DNA of 47,734 bases from Planctomycetes bacterium UBA1146 (lineage in GTDB: Bacteria > Planctomycetota > UBA8108 > UBA1146). The translations under genes were made by a program, and so were the position numbers. The notes under the pieces were generated by a model, which saw nothing but the letters and a program-made list of their open reading frames with translations, ran no database searches and was not told where the DNA came from. This document shows, piece after piece, positions 45,181 to 47,734 of this stretch. Numbering within the stretch: position 1 is the first letter of the stretch; every line of letters begins with the position of its first letter. The DNA lies in assembly GCA_963854815.1 (NCBI GenBank), contig CAWLAN010000001.1, positions 1-47,734 of the forward strand, read 5' to 3'.

Positions 45181-45402
45181 TGAAAAAGCCCGTTACTCAC
45201 ATATCGTACCTCTCCCATATCACAAACATCCATTTACAACGCTTGTAGGATTCCCCTCTGAATCATATTCTTGAGGTCTATTCATTTGTATTTAGCCTCG
45301 CCAAAGGCGGGGGTGAAGAGGTTGTATCGGTAGTCCAAACGTTGCGGAGAGTTCTGATCTCTCCGAAGACCTACCGAGTCTTATATGTATTGGGAGAAGA
45401 AT

Positions 45403-47734
45403 ATGCCCCCCCGTTCCCTCACAGTTCTCAGGGTTCTTTCTACCGCCACCGTACTGCTGGTCGTTACCGTCATTTCAGGTGCCTCGGACCAGGTATTCAT
45501 TGATACCGCCCAGGTAAAAATCTTCGGCGCAAACCAGGAATCTCATCTTGGAGCATCATCTTCGGGAGCCGGGGATGTCGACGGTGACGGGATTTCAGAT
45601 ATCGTTGTCGGAGCTCCGGGTGCAAATAACCCGTCTCACAACACCGGTGGAAACGCCTATATCATCAGGGGATCTGCGGATATCGATACCGAAATCGATC
45701 TGAAATTCCCGCCTTCTGATTCGGTAGTAGTTCTGGAGGGGGCAACCCCGGGAGACCAACTTGGATTCTCCGTCTCCAATGCCGGAGACGTGAACGGCGA
45801 CGGCATCGATGATTTCATCGTCGGTGCTCCGGGTGCGGTCAGTACCGATCCGATTCACCACGAACCGGATACAGGCAGAGCCTACATCATCTATGGATCG
45901 CCCAACCTCCCCCCCACCATCGATGTCTCGAGCCTCGGAAGTGCCGGGATCACGATGATCGGTGGCCAAGAAGACGGCCGTTTCGGATCTGCAGTTTCGG
46001 GTGCCGGCGACTTCAATGGTGACGGATATGGTGACGTGCTCGTCGGCGCTCCCAATGAAGAGCACAACCAAAATGGTGGCGCCGGGGCTGCATACCTGAT
46101 TCTGGGAGGCCCTTCACTTTCCTCCTGGATGGATTTCAGCATGGCCCAATCTGGTGTCGCCGTGTTCAAGACCGGCGGCCACGATAATAGAGTCGGATCT
46201 TCAGTGGCAGACCTGGAGGACTTCAATGGCGACGGGCATACCGACATCGCCATCGCCTCTCTGCGTTTCGGAGATGCTGCTAACCCCGCAGCCGGTCGTG
46301 CATGGATCATCTTCGGTGGAAGCACGCCTTCCGCAGAGATAAATCTGAACGCGCTCTCTGACAGCGGGCTTTCCGGAGTAACCATCAGAACTCCAGTAGC
46401 CAACGATGAGGTGGGACAGTCCATCAGTTGTGCCGGCGATGCCGATGCCGATGGAGACACAGAAATCCTCGTCACTCGCTCGCTCGATGATCACGATCCA
46501 GAAACGATTGCGACGGTCGCTTACCTCATTCGAGGAAGTTCCGATCCGGATGAGGAGATCAATCTCGCAGAGTCGCATCCCATGGTCACTCGCTATGACA
46601 CCTTCTTTGATAACGAAGAGGAAGGCCAATCGGCCCACGGTACTTATGACGTCACCGGTGACGGTGTCGATGACCACATCGTGGGAATACCTCGTTCGGT
46701 ACTGCTGGAGGTGGAAAAGGGCATCGCGCACAGAGTGGATGGGGACCAGAATCTCGGTGGATCTCAGTTACTGGATCTGCTCCAGCATTCAGGTCGAGGT
46801 TTCATCGGTCTGGGGCAAGATCAGAAGGTCGGATATTCTGTCGGAGCTGCCGGAAACTTCAACGACGACCGCGGTAACGACATGATGATCGGTGCGCCGG
46901 GAACCAAGCCTTACGGTCGTAGCGAAGCGGGAGCCCTTTATGTTTTCCTCGGGCATTCCCTGCGCTCCCCCAATCAAGTCCAAACTGAAGCACTTGGCCA
47001 GACGGTATCGGTCTCGTGGAACAATCGTGCGGTTTACGATCAAGTCGATCTGTTCCGCGACGGCGCCCACCATGCCACGCTGCCAGGAGATGCCGAGAGT
47101 TTCACGGACGAAAACGTGGCAGAAGGTAACCACACTTACAAGGTCAACGGAACTCGCCGCACTGTTACCTCCGTCAAGAAGAGCAGCAGTATCCGGGTTC
47201 TGGATCCTGCTGATATGCTGCAATGCGTCTCGCACCATCGTGAAGTCACATTCACATGGATGAATCAGGACACCGAATACGAAGCTATCGATGTCTACAG
47301 AGACGGCACCGTCATCGCCACACTTGCAGGAACCGCCGAGATGTTCATCGATGCGGACGTCTCTTTTGGAAACCACGAATACCAGCTGGTCGAGCGCGGG
47401 GATCGTACAACCACCCTGCCTTCATCCTGCAGCATCATTGTATTGCAGCCGCCATACCTGGCGTTCTGCTCTGCAGCTCCCGATCCGGTAACCAACGAAA
47501 ACGTTGCCCAACTGGACTGGTCGAACGGACCAGACACTCTCTATGAAGAGATTCTGATCTATCGAGATGGATCGCTGTTACAGACGCTTGCGGGGAATGC
47601 GGTATCGACCACCGACATCATCGACCCGGGCAGGTATGTCTACGAAATCGAGGCTCTCGCTGACGGTGGGCGCGCGACAAGCGCTCGTGCCAGTTGTGAA
47701 GTAACCGATCCGATCGCCCCTGAAAATCTCGTTT
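45403..47734 (+). CDS. secreted FG-GAP (integrin-alpha-like) repeat protein with C-terminal FN3-like modules (3' end lies outside the window)
   Basis: This ORF is not in the supplied track because it has no stop inside the window. ATG 45403 lies after GGGAGAAG, and frame 1 is open for 777 codons to base 47734; I checked it codon by codon from 46081 onward. N-terminus: MPPRSLTVLRVLSTATVLLVVTVISGASD...LGASSSGAGDVDGDGISDIVVGAPGANN...GNAYIIRG. FG-GAP units are repeated (GDVNGDGIDDFIVGAP, GDFNGDGYGDVLVGAP, and others). Confidence 0.85.
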   Translation, partial: MPPRSLTVLRVLSTATVLLVVTVISGASDQVFIDTAQVKIFGANQESHLGASSSGAGDVDGDGISDIVVGAPGANNPSHNTGGNAYIIRGSADIDTEIDLKFPPSDSVVVLEGATPGDQLGFSVSNAGDVNGDGIDDFIVGAPGAVSTDPIHHEPDTGRAYIIYGSPNLPPTIDVSSLGSAGITMIGGQEDGRFGSAVSGAGDFNGDGYGDVLVGAPNEEHNQNGGAGAAYLILGGPSLSSWMDFSMAQSGVAVFKTGGHDNRVGSSVADLEDFNGDGHTDIAIASLRFGDAANPAAGRAWIIFGGSTPSAEINLNALSDSGLSGVTIRTPVANDEVGQSISCAGDADADGDTEILVTRSLDDHDPETIATVAYLIRGSSDPDEEINLAESHPMVTRYDTFFDNEEEGQSAHGTYDVTGDGVDDHIVGIPRSVLLEVEKGIAHRVDGDQNLGGSQLLDLLQHSGRGFIGLGQDQKVGYSVGAAGNFNDDRGNDMMIGAPGTKPYGRSEAGALYVFLGHSLRSPNQVQTEALGQTVSVSWNNRAVYDQVDLFRDGAHHATLPGDAESFTDENVAEGNHTYKVNGTRRTVTSVKKSSSIRVLDPADMLQCVSHHREVTFTWMNQDTEYEAIDVYRDGTVIATLAGTAEMFIDADVSFGNHEYQLVERGDRTTTLPSSCSIIVLQPPYLAFCSAAPDPVTNENVAQLDWSNGPDTLYEEILIYRDGSLLQTLAGNAVSTTDIIDPGRYVYEIEALADGGRATSARASCEVTDPIAPENLV

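Overview
This 47.7 kb window looks like chromosomal DNA of moderately high GC content, with no rRNA, CRISPR array, transposase or integrase. The gene content suggests a Planctomycetota/PVC-type bacterium, but that is inference only. The supporting signs are giant secreted proteins with dockerin-like and Cys/Asp repeats, FG-GAP proteins, an EF-G with mitochondrial/spd-type motifs, futalosine-pathway MqnA, and DUF1015 and DUF502 proteins.

Recognisable housekeeping genes are fusA, ispG, prfB, glyA, trpS, gluQ, a PaaZ-type aldehyde dehydrogenase, a class V aminotransferase, an initiator tRNA-Met and tRNA-Pro(GGG). An LPS-type operon of a kinase, mqnA, a GT2 and a GT4 is also present.

The findings I consider most worth follow-up:
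1. **Candidate selenoprotein.** Two ORFs in the track (3189..4316 and 2880..3119, minus strand) are one gene interrupted only by an in-frame TGA. The TGA sits exactly at the first Cys of a TlpA-type CxxC motif (FWGYS-U-GIC-RAE) and begins a SECIS-like hairpin.
2. **Candidate cytoskeleton and envelope modules.** A MamK-family actin-like gene is paired with a coiled-coil, PilZ-like gene and has no magnetosome context. It converges on an operon of a signal-peptide CHAT protease, an orphan secretin with a C-terminal extension of about 314 aa, and a HEAT-repeat lipoprotein.
3. **Shared C-terminal module.** Three secreted proteins carry the same double dockerin-like module followed by a Cys tail, and one of them also has a cohesin-like domain.
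4. **Ankyrin repeat array.** An ankyrin gene is built from near-identical 99-bp repeats.
5. **Candidate ncRNA or leader.** A structured region of about 250 nt ending in a terminator lies upstream of a prfB that lacks the programmed frameshift.
6. **ORF absent from the track.** A 777-codon FG-GAP ORF (45403 to the window end) is missing from the supplied track because it has no stop codon inside the window.

All functional calls come from motif recognition by eye. No database search was run.
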